Origin: an uncultured virus (IMG/VR IMGVR_UViG_3300044695_008744)
Taxonomy: Duplodnaviria; Heunggongvirae; Uroviricota; Caudoviricetes
Virus record (IMG/VR): IMGVR_UViG_3300044695_008744
Direction: 5' to 3' (one strand)
Length of the DNA: 64,000 nt
Shown: positions 34,506 through 44,960 of the stretch, in pieces
Position numbering within the stretch: position 1 is the stretch's first letter
How the letters are laid out: each line of letters begins with the position of its first letter
Position numbers and translations under genes: made by a program
The notes under the pieces: generated by a model
Told to the model about the DNA's origin: nothing
What the model saw: the letters and a program-made list of their open reading frames with translations, nothing else
Databases searched by the model: none

Positions 34506-37500
34506 ATGGCAATTGGCACTTCTATTAATTTAAATACTCCAGAAAATTTTGAATTTCTCAACAATCTTGATACTAAACAACAATTAAAGATATTAGTTGA
34601 GTTGGGATATTTTGATATAAAATCTAGATCAAATTTTGCCGCAGGATATATTTCCGAAAATGTTAATAATCCTTATTTTCCTAATCCAGGAGGAAAACAA
34701 GGCGAATCTTTTGTAAAGAACACTGAACTTAAAAAGGTTAAATCACGAAAACTTAATGTTATTACAAATGGATTAATGCCTCCGCATGTAGAGATTTCTG
34801 GCGCTCCTTATTCTACGTTTGTTGAAGGAACTATTTTACCAGGAGAAACGCATCCTTTTTATGATTTAATTGTCGGTCCAACTCAGCCATTTCCTGCACC
34901 TATTATATCAGATGGTAACAACACTTCATTAGATTATTTATTTAGAAATCCTGAAATTTTAGATCAATTTTTTAATGCAGTAAGTAATGTCACCACTCAA
35001 GCTTTTAATAAATTAGGAACGCCATTTGTTCCTGGAACAACAAAAACATCTTATGCAGTTAAGGCAAAAAAAGATAACAAAAATATTGAAGCTTTGCCTA
35101 CATATAATATATGGCAGGTAGATAATTTACCAGGAGCAGTAAATGGTAATAAACTCATAAACTTTTCTTTTGAAAACTATTTAGGCTTCTTACCAAAAAC
35201 AACTGTTGATACTAAAGATATACAACCTTATGCTCAAACATGGTCATTCACTGATACGGCACAAATTCAAGTTTATGCTTCTAATTCACAGGTATCAATG
35301 ACCAGAATATATCCAATGTTTTATGACTACACATGGAATAGCAAAGCAAAATATTTAATTTATAACAATGCAACCTTGGATAAGCAACTTGAAGATGTTA
35401 GTGTTGGTTTTTCTACTACAATTAACAAGCCAGTAGGTTTTAGTATAAGATTTTCAAGTGTTGTGTTAAGCAATAATCCACCAACACAAGCTTCAACAAA
35501 CGCTGCTGTTTTATCTGAATCTCGCTTGATTATTTCATGGGGGTATTTACCTAACTCCCCTATTACTACACAAGCAGATTGTGATAATTTAGTTTCTAAC
35601 GATAAGGTGTTTTTATATACTTTAGAAATTAGCCCAAATGATTCTCCAAGATTATTTTTTAACTTGTCAAATTTAAATATGCAAAATATAAATGCGGCAG
35701 CAAATTATAAATCCGTTGAATTAAATAATCTTAAACGAATTACATCTCCTAACAAAAACTCTGGAGACAAAACTCCAAATGATTATGAATTGTATGTTTT
35801 CTATTCTGGTCAATATTTGTATATTGGAAATGAAAAAGATCCTTCCTCATGGCAAGTGATTAAAAAACCAACAATTCCTTTGAGTAATGAACCAGGTAAT
35901 GCTTTTGCAACAAAAACTTTCGAACACTATTTAGATGAAAAATCATACGTTAACATTCAGGCTCAATACATGAATTTCACGTTTTGCTATGGTCCTCCAC
36001 TTTTTGACCCCCATGACGATCAAAATATTCCAGCTCTGGGCGCAGATAAGCTTGCTAATACTTTAAACTTTGCTCAATTTAATACACCGTATGATAATAA
36101 ATCATCAATACCAACAAAAGAACAAGTGCTTAAATCATTAAAAGAAAACACTGCGCTTACATTTGAAAACACAAACCCTAATCAACAAATTGGCGGAGCA
36201 ACAGTTTATCATGATATTAGAACTGGTCCAGTTGAAAATTTATATGATGTTTTAATTGAGGATTTAAATAAAGATAGCACTAAAGGAACTTATGCCACAA
36301 AAATTACTTTTCCTAAAACTTTAGGTGGTGATGTATTTAATAAATACACTCCTTCAATAGATATTCCTGAGCCAGATATTTTAGAAAATTATGTTAAATA
36401 TGATCTTACGACAAAAGACGGCGTGTCTAATATTTCACAAATCTTAACGGAAACTGTAAGCAATGTTTCTGTTACAAAAAGTTTAGAGCAAGGCACATCT
36501 AACTATGTAAAATCAACTTTAAGTATCACTTTTCAAAATTTAAACGAGTCTGAAGCTGGATTAAAAATTTTGCAGTTCATGAGACATAATGTATGTGTGC
36601 TTCGCGTGTCTGCTGGATATGATACTTTATACCCATACTTCGAAGGGATGGTTTTTAAGATTACTGCTAATGAAAGCCTAGATAAAACTGAAATTATTGT
36701 TGAAGCTCATGATTTGATTGATTCGCTTTTTGAAAGAGATAAAACATTAATTGTCTCCAAAGTGGCTATGCATTTTCCAGGTATGAGACTTAAAAAAATT
36801 ATTAACTCTTTGGTTTATTTTTCGGAGCTCCACAATCACTTCAAATATGATCTAGGAGATGTAACAAACGAAAACACAATTGCATATTACTTAGAAAATA
36901 ACCCTGAAGCTGGTCTTCCGCGAATAGCTGATGCTCTTCCAATTCCAAACTTAGGAAAGTTTTTTGTCTCCCCTTACAGTGCTCAAAACACATATTTCAA
37001 AGTTTTGAAACAATGTCGTGATTTATTGATACAAGTAAATATTAACAAAGACGACAGAAAAAGATTTGATGTCCCTGTGTACTATTGGTTTACAAGTGGT
37101 GTGGAAGGATTAAATAATCGGGGCAGATTTGGTATATCTACAGATGTCAATGGCATAGTTATGAGCTCACGAACTTTGCCCAAAGATAAAGACACATTTT
37201 TCTTGAGAAAAAAAAGCATCAAGCAAATTATGCTAGATGATGTTAATGAACTTCATGGTTATTTATCAGCTGAAAACGCATTTACATCTTCTTCTAATGC
37301 AGATAACCTATTTTACAGAGGGTTATTTAGATTTTTAGACATTGATACAGAATTCCAACTTGTTCAAGAAGTATTTCCAAACGCTATTTCACCTTTCCAG
37401 ACTATTGAAGATGCAAACCAATATATAGGTTATGAAAAAATAGTAATGTTCGATGATCCTGATAGCGATCCTGACACACAAACAACTATTGCTGGAATCC

Positions 37501-37814
37501 ATTTGCCAGATAGAAAATTAGCTGAAAATTTTGTCAAAAAATGGATGAATGCCAACTATAACATTGTTTATGAATCCATTAATTTAAGTGCTTATGTTAC
37601 AAAGCCTTTAAATGAATGGGGTTGGTTTACGGTTTGTATTGAAAATGAACTTCAAAAAAATCCTAAAGTAGAAGTAATTAATGATGTTAGTTTTGAATCC
37701 ACAGAAATTCCTGAGCAATTTTTATATTCTAACATAACATATAAATTCAAACTAGACGAAAATTTAATTATTGCAGAAATAAATGGATCTAAAAGCCCGA
37801 TTCAAAACATTTAA
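34506..37814 (+). CDS. putative baseplate hub/tail-tip protein
   Basis: C-terminal half STLSITFQN...LRVSAGY...YFEGMV...IIVEAHDL resembles phage hub proteins. Confidence 0.5.
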   Translation: MAIGTSINLNTPENFEFLNNLDTKQQLKILVELGYFDIKSRSNFAAGYISENVNNPYFPNPGGKQGESFVKNTELKKVKSRKLNVITNGLMPPHVEISGAPYSTFVEGTILPGETHPFYDLIVGPTQPFPAPIISDGNNTSLDYLFRNPEILDQFFNAVSNVTTQAFNKLGTPFVPGTTKTSYAVKAKKDNKNIEALPTYNIWQVDNLPGAVNGNKLINFSFENYLGFLPKTTVDTKDIQPYAQTWSFTDTAQIQVYASNSQVSMTRIYPMFYDYTWNSKAKYLIYNNATLDKQLEDVSVGFSTTINKPVGFSIRFSSVVLSNNPPTQASTNAAVLSESRLIISWGYLPNSPITTQADCDNLVSNDKVFLYTLEISPNDSPRLFFNLSNLNMQNINAAANYKSVELNNLKRITSPNKNSGDKTPNDYELYVFYSGQYLYIGNEKDPSSWQVIKKPTIPLSNEPGNAFATKTFEHYLDEKSYVNIQAQYMNFTFCYGPPLFDPHDDQNIPALGADKLANTLNFAQFNTPYDNKSSIPTKEQVLKSLKENTALTFENTNPNQQIGGATVYHDIRTGPVENLYDVLIEDLNKDSTKGTYATKITFPKTLGGDVFNKYTPSIDIPEPDILENYVKYDLTTKDGVSNISQILTETVSNVSVTKSLEQGTSNYVKSTLSITFQNLNESEAGLKILQFMRHNVCVLRVSAGYDTLYPYFEGMVFKITANESLDKTEIIVEAHDLIDSLFERDKTLIVSKVAMHFPGMRLKKIINSLVYFSELHNHFKYDLGDVTNENTIAYYLENNPEAGLPRIADALPIPNLGKFFVSPYSAQNTYFKVLKQCRDLLIQVNINKDDRKRFDVPVYYWFTSGVEGLNNRGRFGISTDVNGIVMSSRTLPKDKDTFFLRKKSIKQIMLDDVNELHGYLSAENAFTSSSNADNLFYRGLFRFLDIDTEFQLVQEVFPNAISPFQTIEDANQYIGYEKIVMFDDPDSDPDTQTTIAGIHLPDRKLAENFVKKWMNANYNIVYESINLSAYVTKPLNEWGWFTVCIENELQKNPKVEVINDVSFESTEIPEQFLYSNITYKFKLDENLIIAEINGSKSPIQNI

Positions 37815-37853
37815 TTTCAAGGATTTGCCTTGTGAAAACACCAATAACTATAT

Positions 37854-38072
37854 ATGCGTTTTAGTAGTTTATCAGAAGCAATAAAATATCACACACAAGT
37901 TACAAGCAAAACTGATAACATTGCACCTTATGGTTCTCTTGCTGCTGAATTATCTCAAATTCCAGTGTTGAACACAAACTATATAACGCCACAATCTCCT
38001 AATGCAATTACCTATGGTGTTACAATCTGGGGCTTAGGTAAAATCACAGAAGTAAATAAACCAGAAGTATGA
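37854..38072 (+). CDS. small virion-associated protein
   Basis: 72 aa, coupled to the next gene; preceded by the recurrent motif. Confidence 0.55.
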   Translation: MRFSSLSEAIKYHTQVTSKTDNIAPYGSLAAELSQIPVLNTNYITPQSPNAITYGVTIWGLGKITEVNKPEV

Positions 38073-41000
38073 ATCAAACACCCATTTACCAATTAGGTTA
38101 TTTCATTCCCAATATGACAATTGGGAATGATTTAGATTTAGATAAAAATCGTTTTACAACGATTGAAAATCAATTATATAATGTTTATAACATTTTCGGC
38201 AATGGTGTTTTAACCAAATTTGATGAAAATGGAAAGCAAATCCCCTCTTGGAATTTGTCCGCTGTTCCATCACAAAAAACAATTAGAGTAAGTGATGGAA
38301 AGGGACATGTAAATTATAAATATGCAGAAACTTCAGATTTTGTAGATGTGAATTTGATCTTACCAGGAAGTGCCACTTCTGGAACTTTTATTTATTATTT
38401 TTATGCAGTTCAAAATGTAAACACGCCTGTTGATAAATCAGTAAATTTTACTTTTTCGCTTACACAAATTAATGACCCAACAAATTACATAGGCTTAGGC
38501 GCAGCTGAGTTAACTTTGAATACAGATGGATCATTTACACTTGTCGCTTATAATGATGTTGAACATGGAAGACAAGAAATATCATTATTCAGTTCATTAA
38601 CAGGTTTAGTAAAAAATCACAAGCACATTGGTGGTTTAAATAACCCATCGCCAATTGATTTATCTAAACATGTTACAGGATTTCTTTCAGCAGATAATAT
38701 TGAAGGTTTAGATCTAAGCAGAGTTACCTCTGGAACATTAAGTGCAAATCGATTACCTGTAATAGATCACAATACTTTAACAAACATTGGAACTTTAACA
38801 CATGAACAAATTGATGCATTGTTAGCATCTTTGCAATATCCAGATCAAAATTATAGCTTATCTGATTATGGAATTGTTAACAGGCTTCAGATTGTGTTAG
38901 CTCTGAAAAAACAATCTGGATTTTTTAACATTGATGGTGAGCAAATTAATTCAATATTTTATGTGCCATATGCTCAAATGGATAAATTTGTTGATTACAC
39001 AAATACCACTGCATTGATAAACACAGAGTTGCACAGAGTGTATGGAACCACTGGGCTTGCAAGACAATCAAATGTTATAAAAGTAGACACTACGCAGGAT
39101 TTTAAAACAGCATTATTTTATGCAGAAGATTCAATACCCAACCCTACTGTTTCAAATATTGAAGTGACAGGCGTTACTACCACTCCTGTTGCTGGGACAT
39201 TGAATATTCCATATGGTTTAACTGGCTCCGCAAACACAATCTATATTTCAAGTGCCCAAGATTCATTTGTTTCTTCTTTCTCAACTACTGGTGTTTATAG
39301 AAACAGAAGAATAGATTTTGATTCTAACTTGAATTTGAATTCACCATTAGGATTGTGGTTTGATAATGTCAAAAACTATTTATATATCGCTGATACATAC
39401 AATCATAGAATAATTGTAACAGATAGTAATTTTTCTTCAGTGATTGCAAAAGTAGGCGCAAATAATGCTTCTGGAGTTCCTGGAAGTGGAAATGGCGTTG
39501 GCTTCAATTACCCAAAAGGTGTATTTGGGCTAGGGAACACATTTTATGTTGCAGACTCAGGCAATAATCAAATACAAAAATATTCATGGAGCGGAGGGGT
39601 TCCTGTTTATCAAAGAACTTATAAATATTCAGATAGTACAATTCTTGGATTAAACCAATCATTGAATGATCCAAGAGGCTTAATTGCTACATCATTCAGA
39701 GGTAACAACTATCTTTTTGTTTCTGATTACAACAATCACAGAGTTTTATGTGGTATAGAAACAAACAATAAGTATTCTGTTTATCAAATACTTGGAGGAA
39801 ATAGTGGTGGATTTGGAATTTTTAATACTAGCTTAATCACATACAATGCGTCTTCTAGTGTCACTGGTATTGGTGCTTCATTTACTTTTAATTCATCTTT
39901 CAATGGAGTAATTAGATCTATTGGTGTTTCTTCTTCTGGAGCTGGATATAGCAACAATGATAGTTTTATACTTAAATACAATGGAAATCAAAATGGGCTT
40001 TTTAACGTTCTCACAGATGGTGCTGGTAGAATAACTACAGCTTTTGTTTCTTATGGAATAAACACTGCAAATATTTTTGGTTTTGATCATCCACAAGGTT
40101 TAGCTATTAATGGTATTGGATCCAGATTGGACATGCTAATCACTGACACTGACAATAACAGAATAATTAATTATAGAAGCGTTGTTGGTGTAGGCACTAC
40201 TTCAGGGCAGTTTGTGTATAGTTATAATATTGGAACATCTGGCTCTCTTGGTATTTCATCACTATCAATTTATATGCAAAGACCCGCTGGTGTATATGCA
40301 CAGCAAGGGTTCAGCACAATTTTTGTTGCTGATAGCTTAAATAACAGGGTGCATAGTTTAGCAACATCTTTTGCAAATAATAGTATAGGCGGAATCACCA
40401 CTTTTACTTTTGGCATTGGAGACACATCATTAACTAGCGGTGGCATTACTCTTACCAAGCCAATATCTTATTTAGGCATTTCTACACCGTCTGTTGCTGG
40501 TTCTGCTACGGCAGGTTGGTTTGTAGGTGAACAAATTGCTCAGGGTACACAATTCCAATCGGACTCCATAGACAGATATTCATATGTAACTTTTTCCACT
40601 AAAACACTCACAATACAAGACACAATCGCCGTGTCAATTGCAACATTAAATGAGACAACTGAAAGAACTTTAGGACAAATAAGTTGTTATTTAATTTTCG
40701 CTGATAACTTTTCAGGTGGAACATTAATACCTTTTAGTTTGAGTAACAATACGAACAGAAACTCAATTAAAATCTCAGAAAAGATATACACTATAAGGCT
40801 GAATGGATCTACAACCAGTCAGTTTTATGATTTTGCGGATTTGACATTATTCACTGAGCAACCAAATCCTTCGATAATTGGTTTTGGGTTTAAGTGGTCT
40901 ACATCAACAGGATGGACAAACAATGATAGTTATCAGCTTGGATGGTATTTGCCGCAGTTTAGCACACAACTTTTGCAGACAAATTATCCAAAAGTTTTAG

Positions 41001-43114
41001 CGTATAGACAAGCGAATGGTTTGCAAAATTCTATCTTTGCATTTAACGCAAACAGATACGCAGGCACAGGAACATTTGTATTTAGGTTTGATTCTGGCGT
41101 GGCAGGTAATGCAACTTTTGATAATGTCATCTATTCATTTGCCACTCCATACTCACCAAAAGGAACATCAAGTATACAATTTTATTACAGAGTTGATGAT
41201 ACACTAGATCAATTGAATTTAGATTCTTATACTTTGAATCCATTGTATCCTATCTCAGGTGGAAGTTATAACATTAATAAAACTGGGCGATATATTGACT
41301 TGGTGTTTATTCTTAATGCAGCAAGTGTGGATCAGCTTGCAGCCCCTGTAATTAGCAGTATAGCTTTGAATTATAGTGTTTATGGAAAAGCCACTGGAAT
41401 TATTTACGATACCAATGTAAATAATGCACCACAAGGTTTGTATCCGAGATTGAAATGGACACAAGGTGAAAGTTCAAACATCAGCATAGTGCCAGTGCCA
41501 AATGATAACAATCAATCATATCAAATTGAGATAGAAGACACAGCTAACATTGGCAAATACATTTATTTATCCACAAACAACCTAGAACTAACAGATTCTT
41601 CAGACACAACAGGATTCGTAGACATCAACAACAATCTTTACTTGTCGCCTTATCAAGCTTTCGCAGAACTAGATGCTGGTCTTTTGAATCCACAGCATTT
41701 CTATTCAAATGGACAATCTGGATATTTCATTGCTGACACTGACAATGATAGAGTTATTGAAGTGGATTCAACTGGAGCGGCTACAAGAGCTATTCAAGGG
41801 AATATTAAGCTTCCAAGATGTGATCGCGCTTTTGCTATTTTAGGGGTTTTTTATAACACAAATACACGTCAGCTTTATGCCACTTTTAGCCAATATTTAA
41901 TATTTGCTGCTGACTACTTACAATCTTTATCGGTTTCTATAAATGGTGTTTCTTATTCTTTAACAAATTCTGCTTATTTTGATCAAAATAATGTTGGACT
42001 GTTTTCTGTAAATTCTAATAATCAATCGGCAACATTCTATGTCACTGTTACTAGAACAATGGATGCTTTACTTACAGAGAATCCATATGATGCAAGATTT
42101 GAAATACAAAACCCTGCAACTAATCCTCCATTTTTGTTACCAACCACAGGCAGAAGTGATGGAAATCAACCTGAAAATGAAACTTTAACTTACACCACTT
42201 CTCAGTTTGATGAGTTTACATCGAACAGCGCTCTTGGCTTAGGAACTATTCTAGACTACACATCTAATGTTGTAGTGAATGTAGTTGATCCAGTGACATT
42301 TGGTACAGCTACAGAAACATCAACAGAACTTTGGAGTTATTGGCAAGGCACAAATCAATTCCCTAATTACTCAAACTTTTATTCTATACCAATACAAGTT
42401 TTTCCAATTTACTTTGATAACATATTTAAGCCTTTACATGTTGATTACACAGAAGCTGGTGCTTTAGTGATTTCTACCGTTGGAAACAATGCAATTAGAG
42501 CGTATAACGAAAACTTTGTTCTGGGATACAAGATTAGCCTTTCAAGTTTTACTTTTAACGAAAAACTTGGAGGCTCCACTGTTGTATTAGATAGAGCCGC
42601 AGATGAAAGCGGAAATGTATTGCTTGTGGCACAACCAGGTATTTCCACAGACAACATCACTGGAAAAGCAATCATTTATAATCGAAATTCTGGTTCATTA
42701 GTGAATCAATATACTTTCAGTAATTTTGATGCTGTTAAAGCATACTCTGAAGATGATGGATATTTGATATTGCTTAATGATAGATTAGGCGGAATTAGAT
42801 CTAAATTGGTAAAAGTTGGTCAAGATGGCTCTAATCAATATACATTAAGTAATGCATTTTCTAGACCTGTCTCATTAGAAATAAAAGAAAATGGATATTA
42901 TTATGTTACAGATTTAACTGGTCAATATGGAACTATTTTCTTTAGAACATTCGTTGCCGATGGTTCAGGAAATTCTACTGGCTCAAGTTCTTCGGGAGGT
43001 GGCGGTTCAACAGGTGGAGGAAACGCAGGTGGTGGAATTATCGGTGGCACAACAGGAGGAACATCAGGAGGCTCAACAGGCGGAGGCAACATTATAGGTG
43101 GTGGTGGTGGTTAA
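38069..43114 (+). CDS. large virion protein with NHL-repeat beta-propeller and Gly-rich tail
   Basis: Repeated LNSPLGL..YIADTYNHRI, FNYPKGV..YVADSGNNQI, LNDPRGL..VSDYNNHRV, FDHPQGL..TDTDNNRI, RPAGV..VADSLNNRV. Confidence 0.7.
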   Translation: MNQTPIYQLGYFIPNMTIGNDLDLDKNRFTTIENQLYNVYNIFGNGVLTKFDENGKQIPSWNLSAVPSQKTIRVSDGKGHVNYKYAETSDFVDVNLILPGSATSGTFIYYFYAVQNVNTPVDKSVNFTFSLTQINDPTNYIGLGAAELTLNTDGSFTLVAYNDVEHGRQEISLFSSLTGLVKNHKHIGGLNNPSPIDLSKHVTGFLSADNIEGLDLSRVTSGTLSANRLPVIDHNTLTNIGTLTHEQIDALLASLQYPDQNYSLSDYGIVNRLQIVLALKKQSGFFNIDGEQINSIFYVPYAQMDKFVDYTNTTALINTELHRVYGTTGLARQSNVIKVDTTQDFKTALFYAEDSIPNPTVSNIEVTGVTTTPVAGTLNIPYGLTGSANTIYISSAQDSFVSSFSTTGVYRNRRIDFDSNLNLNSPLGLWFDNVKNYLYIADTYNHRIIVTDSNFSSVIAKVGANNASGVPGSGNGVGFNYPKGVFGLGNTFYVADSGNNQIQKYSWSGGVPVYQRTYKYSDSTILGLNQSLNDPRGLIATSFRGNNYLFVSDYNNHRVLCGIETNNKYSVYQILGGNSGGFGIFNTSLITYNASSSVTGIGASFTFNSSFNGVIRSIGVSSSGAGYSNNDSFILKYNGNQNGLFNVLTDGAGRITTAFVSYGINTANIFGFDHPQGLAINGIGSRLDMLITDTDNNRIINYRSVVGVGTTSGQFVYSYNIGTSGSLGISSLSIYMQRPAGVYAQQGFSTIFVADSLNNRVHSLATSFANNSIGGITTFTFGIGDTSLTSGGITLTKPISYLGISTPSVAGSATAGWFVGEQIAQGTQFQSDSIDRYSYVTFSTKTLTIQDTIAVSIATLNETTERTLGQISCYLIFADNFSGGTLIPFSLSNNTNRNSIKISEKIYTIRLNGSTTSQFYDFADLTLFTEQPNPSIIGFGFKWSTSTGWTNNDSYQLGWYLPQFSTQLLQTNYPKVLAYRQANGLQNSIFAFNANRYAGTGTFVFRFDSGVAGNATFDNVIYSFATPYSPKGTSSIQFYYRVDDTLDQLNLDSYTLNPLYPISGGSYNINKTGRYIDLVFILNAASVDQLAAPVISSIALNYSVYGKATGIIYDTNVNNAPQGLYPRLKWTQGESSNISIVPVPNDNNQSYQIEIEDTANIGKYIYLSTNNLELTDSSDTTGFVDINNNLYLSPYQAFAELDAGLLNPQHFYSNGQSGYFIADTDNDRVIEVDSTGAATRAIQGNIKLPRCDRAFAILGVFYNTNTRQLYATFSQYLIFAADYLQSLSVSINGVSYSLTNSAYFDQNNVGLFSVNSNNQSATFYVTVTRTMDALLTENPYDARFEIQNPATNPPFLLPTTGRSDGNQPENETLTYTTSQFDEFTSNSALGLGTILDYTSNVVVNVVDPVTFGTATETSTELWSYWQGTNQFPNYSNFYSIPIQVFPIYFDNIFKPLHVDYTEAGALVISTVGNNAIRAYNENFVLGYKISLSSFTFNEKLGGSTVVLDRAADESGNVLLVAQPGISTDNITGKAIIYNRNSGSLVNQYTFSNFDAVKAYSEDDGYLILLNDRLGGIRSKLVKVGQDGSNQYTLSNAFSRPVSLEIKENGYYYVTDLTGQYGTIFFRTFVADGSGNSTGSSSSGGGGSTGGGNAGGGIIGGTTGGTSGGSTGGGNIIGGGGG

Positions 43115-44960
43115 TTTCATTTATCCAAAAAAAAATAATGTTTTTAAAGCCTCGCAATATTCAACCCAATCAGTGTTTAATGATTTGCCGAAGTATTCAA
43201 TATCCGTATATGATGATGCAAATTTCATTTACAAAAGACAATCACAAAATGGAAATCAAATCCTTTCTAACATAATCTCAGATGATTTATTCCCTGATGA
43301 TTCTAATCAAGAATCAAAAACAAGATACTTAACAGGCAGAGGCACAAATTCTAAAATATTTTATCTTAAAGTGCTTGTAAATAAACCTGTGCCACAAGAC
43401 ACTCCTGGAAACTATTCAACTATTTTTTATTTAGCTAAAACACAAATATTTGGCGCGGTTTCTACAGTATATTATTCATTAAGATGTATTGAAAAGAATC
43501 AAAACTACACTGCTTACACATCAGTGATAACAATTAAAAAATCAGATTTTATTTCTCAATTTGATGGAAAAATATTTCTTAATCTTGTTGGTGATTATGA
43601 TGTTTCTGTAAAATTTCCAATTGATTTACAAATTAATAATTCAGCTTCTACTTCAATAAGCCAAATAAGTAGTGCAACACCTCAAACTTTAAGCTCCACT
43701 ACAAATAATTCAGCATATTTTCAGACATACCCAGTGAGCTTTTCTTACTACGAATATTCTGATAGTCAAGATTTTAATTTTACTTACACAAACTTAGTGC
43801 TTACAAATAGTTTATTTTCCACTGCTAACACAATAATTAATTCAAATGTAAGCACAGGTATCTCACTTAGGTTTACTTTTTCAGGCGTATATAATATTTC
43901 TGACTTTAGTTATTTTGGCTTGACCATTCAAAATACCGATCCATCTTATAATCCCAACGTTGACACAATCTTCAAAATTGTTTTTAGAACAGTGGAAGAC
44001 GAAGTGATAAGTGTAGAAGATTGCTCTATCTTGAATAATCTTAATTCTGGATATTACAATGTAGTGTTCAAACTCAAAAATATAGACACAAATCTTAATA
44101 ATCTAAATTACATGCTGATACAAATAATAAGCACAAGAACATTAACACAAAACTACAGTATTACATATATCAATTTTATGACAGCTATCACTGCTGGTGC
44201 TTTTTCTGTAAAATCGCTGCAAAACAATACACAAGAGGAAAATTTTACTAAAGATCCATTCGATAAAATACAATATATTGATAATTTAAAAAATCAAGAA
44301 TTAATTAAAAGCACTGCTTTATTTACCACTGTCGAAAGCTTAATTGAAATAGGGGATGAAGTAGTTTATGAAATAACAACACAATCTGGAAAAATTTATT
44401 TACCAGAAAATGCTATGATATTTACTAGCAATGATTTTTTACCAGCATATTCTTTGGAGCAAGACGTTTTAATTTTAGAAAATGATTCTTTCATGCCTAT
44501 CACTTCAATAAAAATAATGCCTCCAAGAAAAGTGAAAATGATAGATATTTATGAGAATGCTGATTATATTTTGAATGGATTTTATGTTAAGAACCCACTG
44601 TTTATAAAAAGTTTTCAAAGAATTTTTCTTGAAAGAATTGAAACTAGAAAACAAAATAAAAGTTTTTCAATAAATGATGAAAAATACTTTTTATTAGAAT
44701 CAGAAGATTTTCAATATTTTTCAAATGAAATTGTTTTGAAAAAAGGCAATCATATAATTGAGTTTTCTCCTTCGACAATTTATGCATCGATTTTAATTAG
44801 TGGTAATTCTGAAATTGTTGTTCAATCAAAAATTAAACAAAAAGTAGTGGGACAAAATCAAAAATTGCAATTAGATATAGATAATAAAAATTTTTTAATA
44901 TATCTAAAAAGTAATAGCACAATAACTATACACAAACTAATATGTAAACATGAGAGTTAA
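43098..44960 (+). CDS. virion protein with degenerate Hint-like domain
   Basis: VYEITTQSG...ITSIKI...YILNGFYVKN (about 44184-44594); GTG start after GGAGG. Confidence 0.55.
   Translation: MVVVVNFIYPKKNNVFKASQYSTQSVFNDLPKYSISVYDDANFIYKRQSQNGNQILSNIISDDLFPDDSNQESKTRYLTGRGTNSKIFYLKVLVNKPVPQDTPGNYSTIFYLAKTQIFGAVSTVYYSLRCIEKNQNYTAYTSVITIKKSDFISQFDGKIFLNLVGDYDVSVKFPIDLQINNSASTSISQISSATPQTLSSTTNNSAYFQTYPVSFSYYEYSDSQDFNFTYTNLVLTNSLFSTANTIINSNVSTGISLRFTFSGVYNISDFSYFGLTIQNTDPSYNPNVDTIFKIVFRTVEDEVISVEDCSILNNLNSGYYNVVFKLKNIDTNLNNLNYMLIQIISTRTLTQNYSITYINFMTAITAGAFSVKSLQNNTQEENFTKDPFDKIQYIDNLKNQELIKSTALFTTVESLIEIGDEVVYEITTQSGKIYLPENAMIFTSNDFLPAYSLEQDVLILENDSFMPITSIKIMPPRKVKMIDIYENADYILNGFYVKNPLFIKSFQRIFLERIETRKQNKSFSINDEKYFLLESEDFQYFSNEIVLKKGNHIIEFSPSTIYASILISGNSEIVVQSKIKQKVVGQNQKLQLDIDNKNFLIYLKSNSTITIHKLICKHES

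Noticed and set aside
43082..43114. Programmed frameshift fusing the NHL protein to the next ORF at the (GGT)n run
   Set aside because: A GGAGG SD and GTG start explain the overlap; no recognisable slippery heptamer or stimulatory structure
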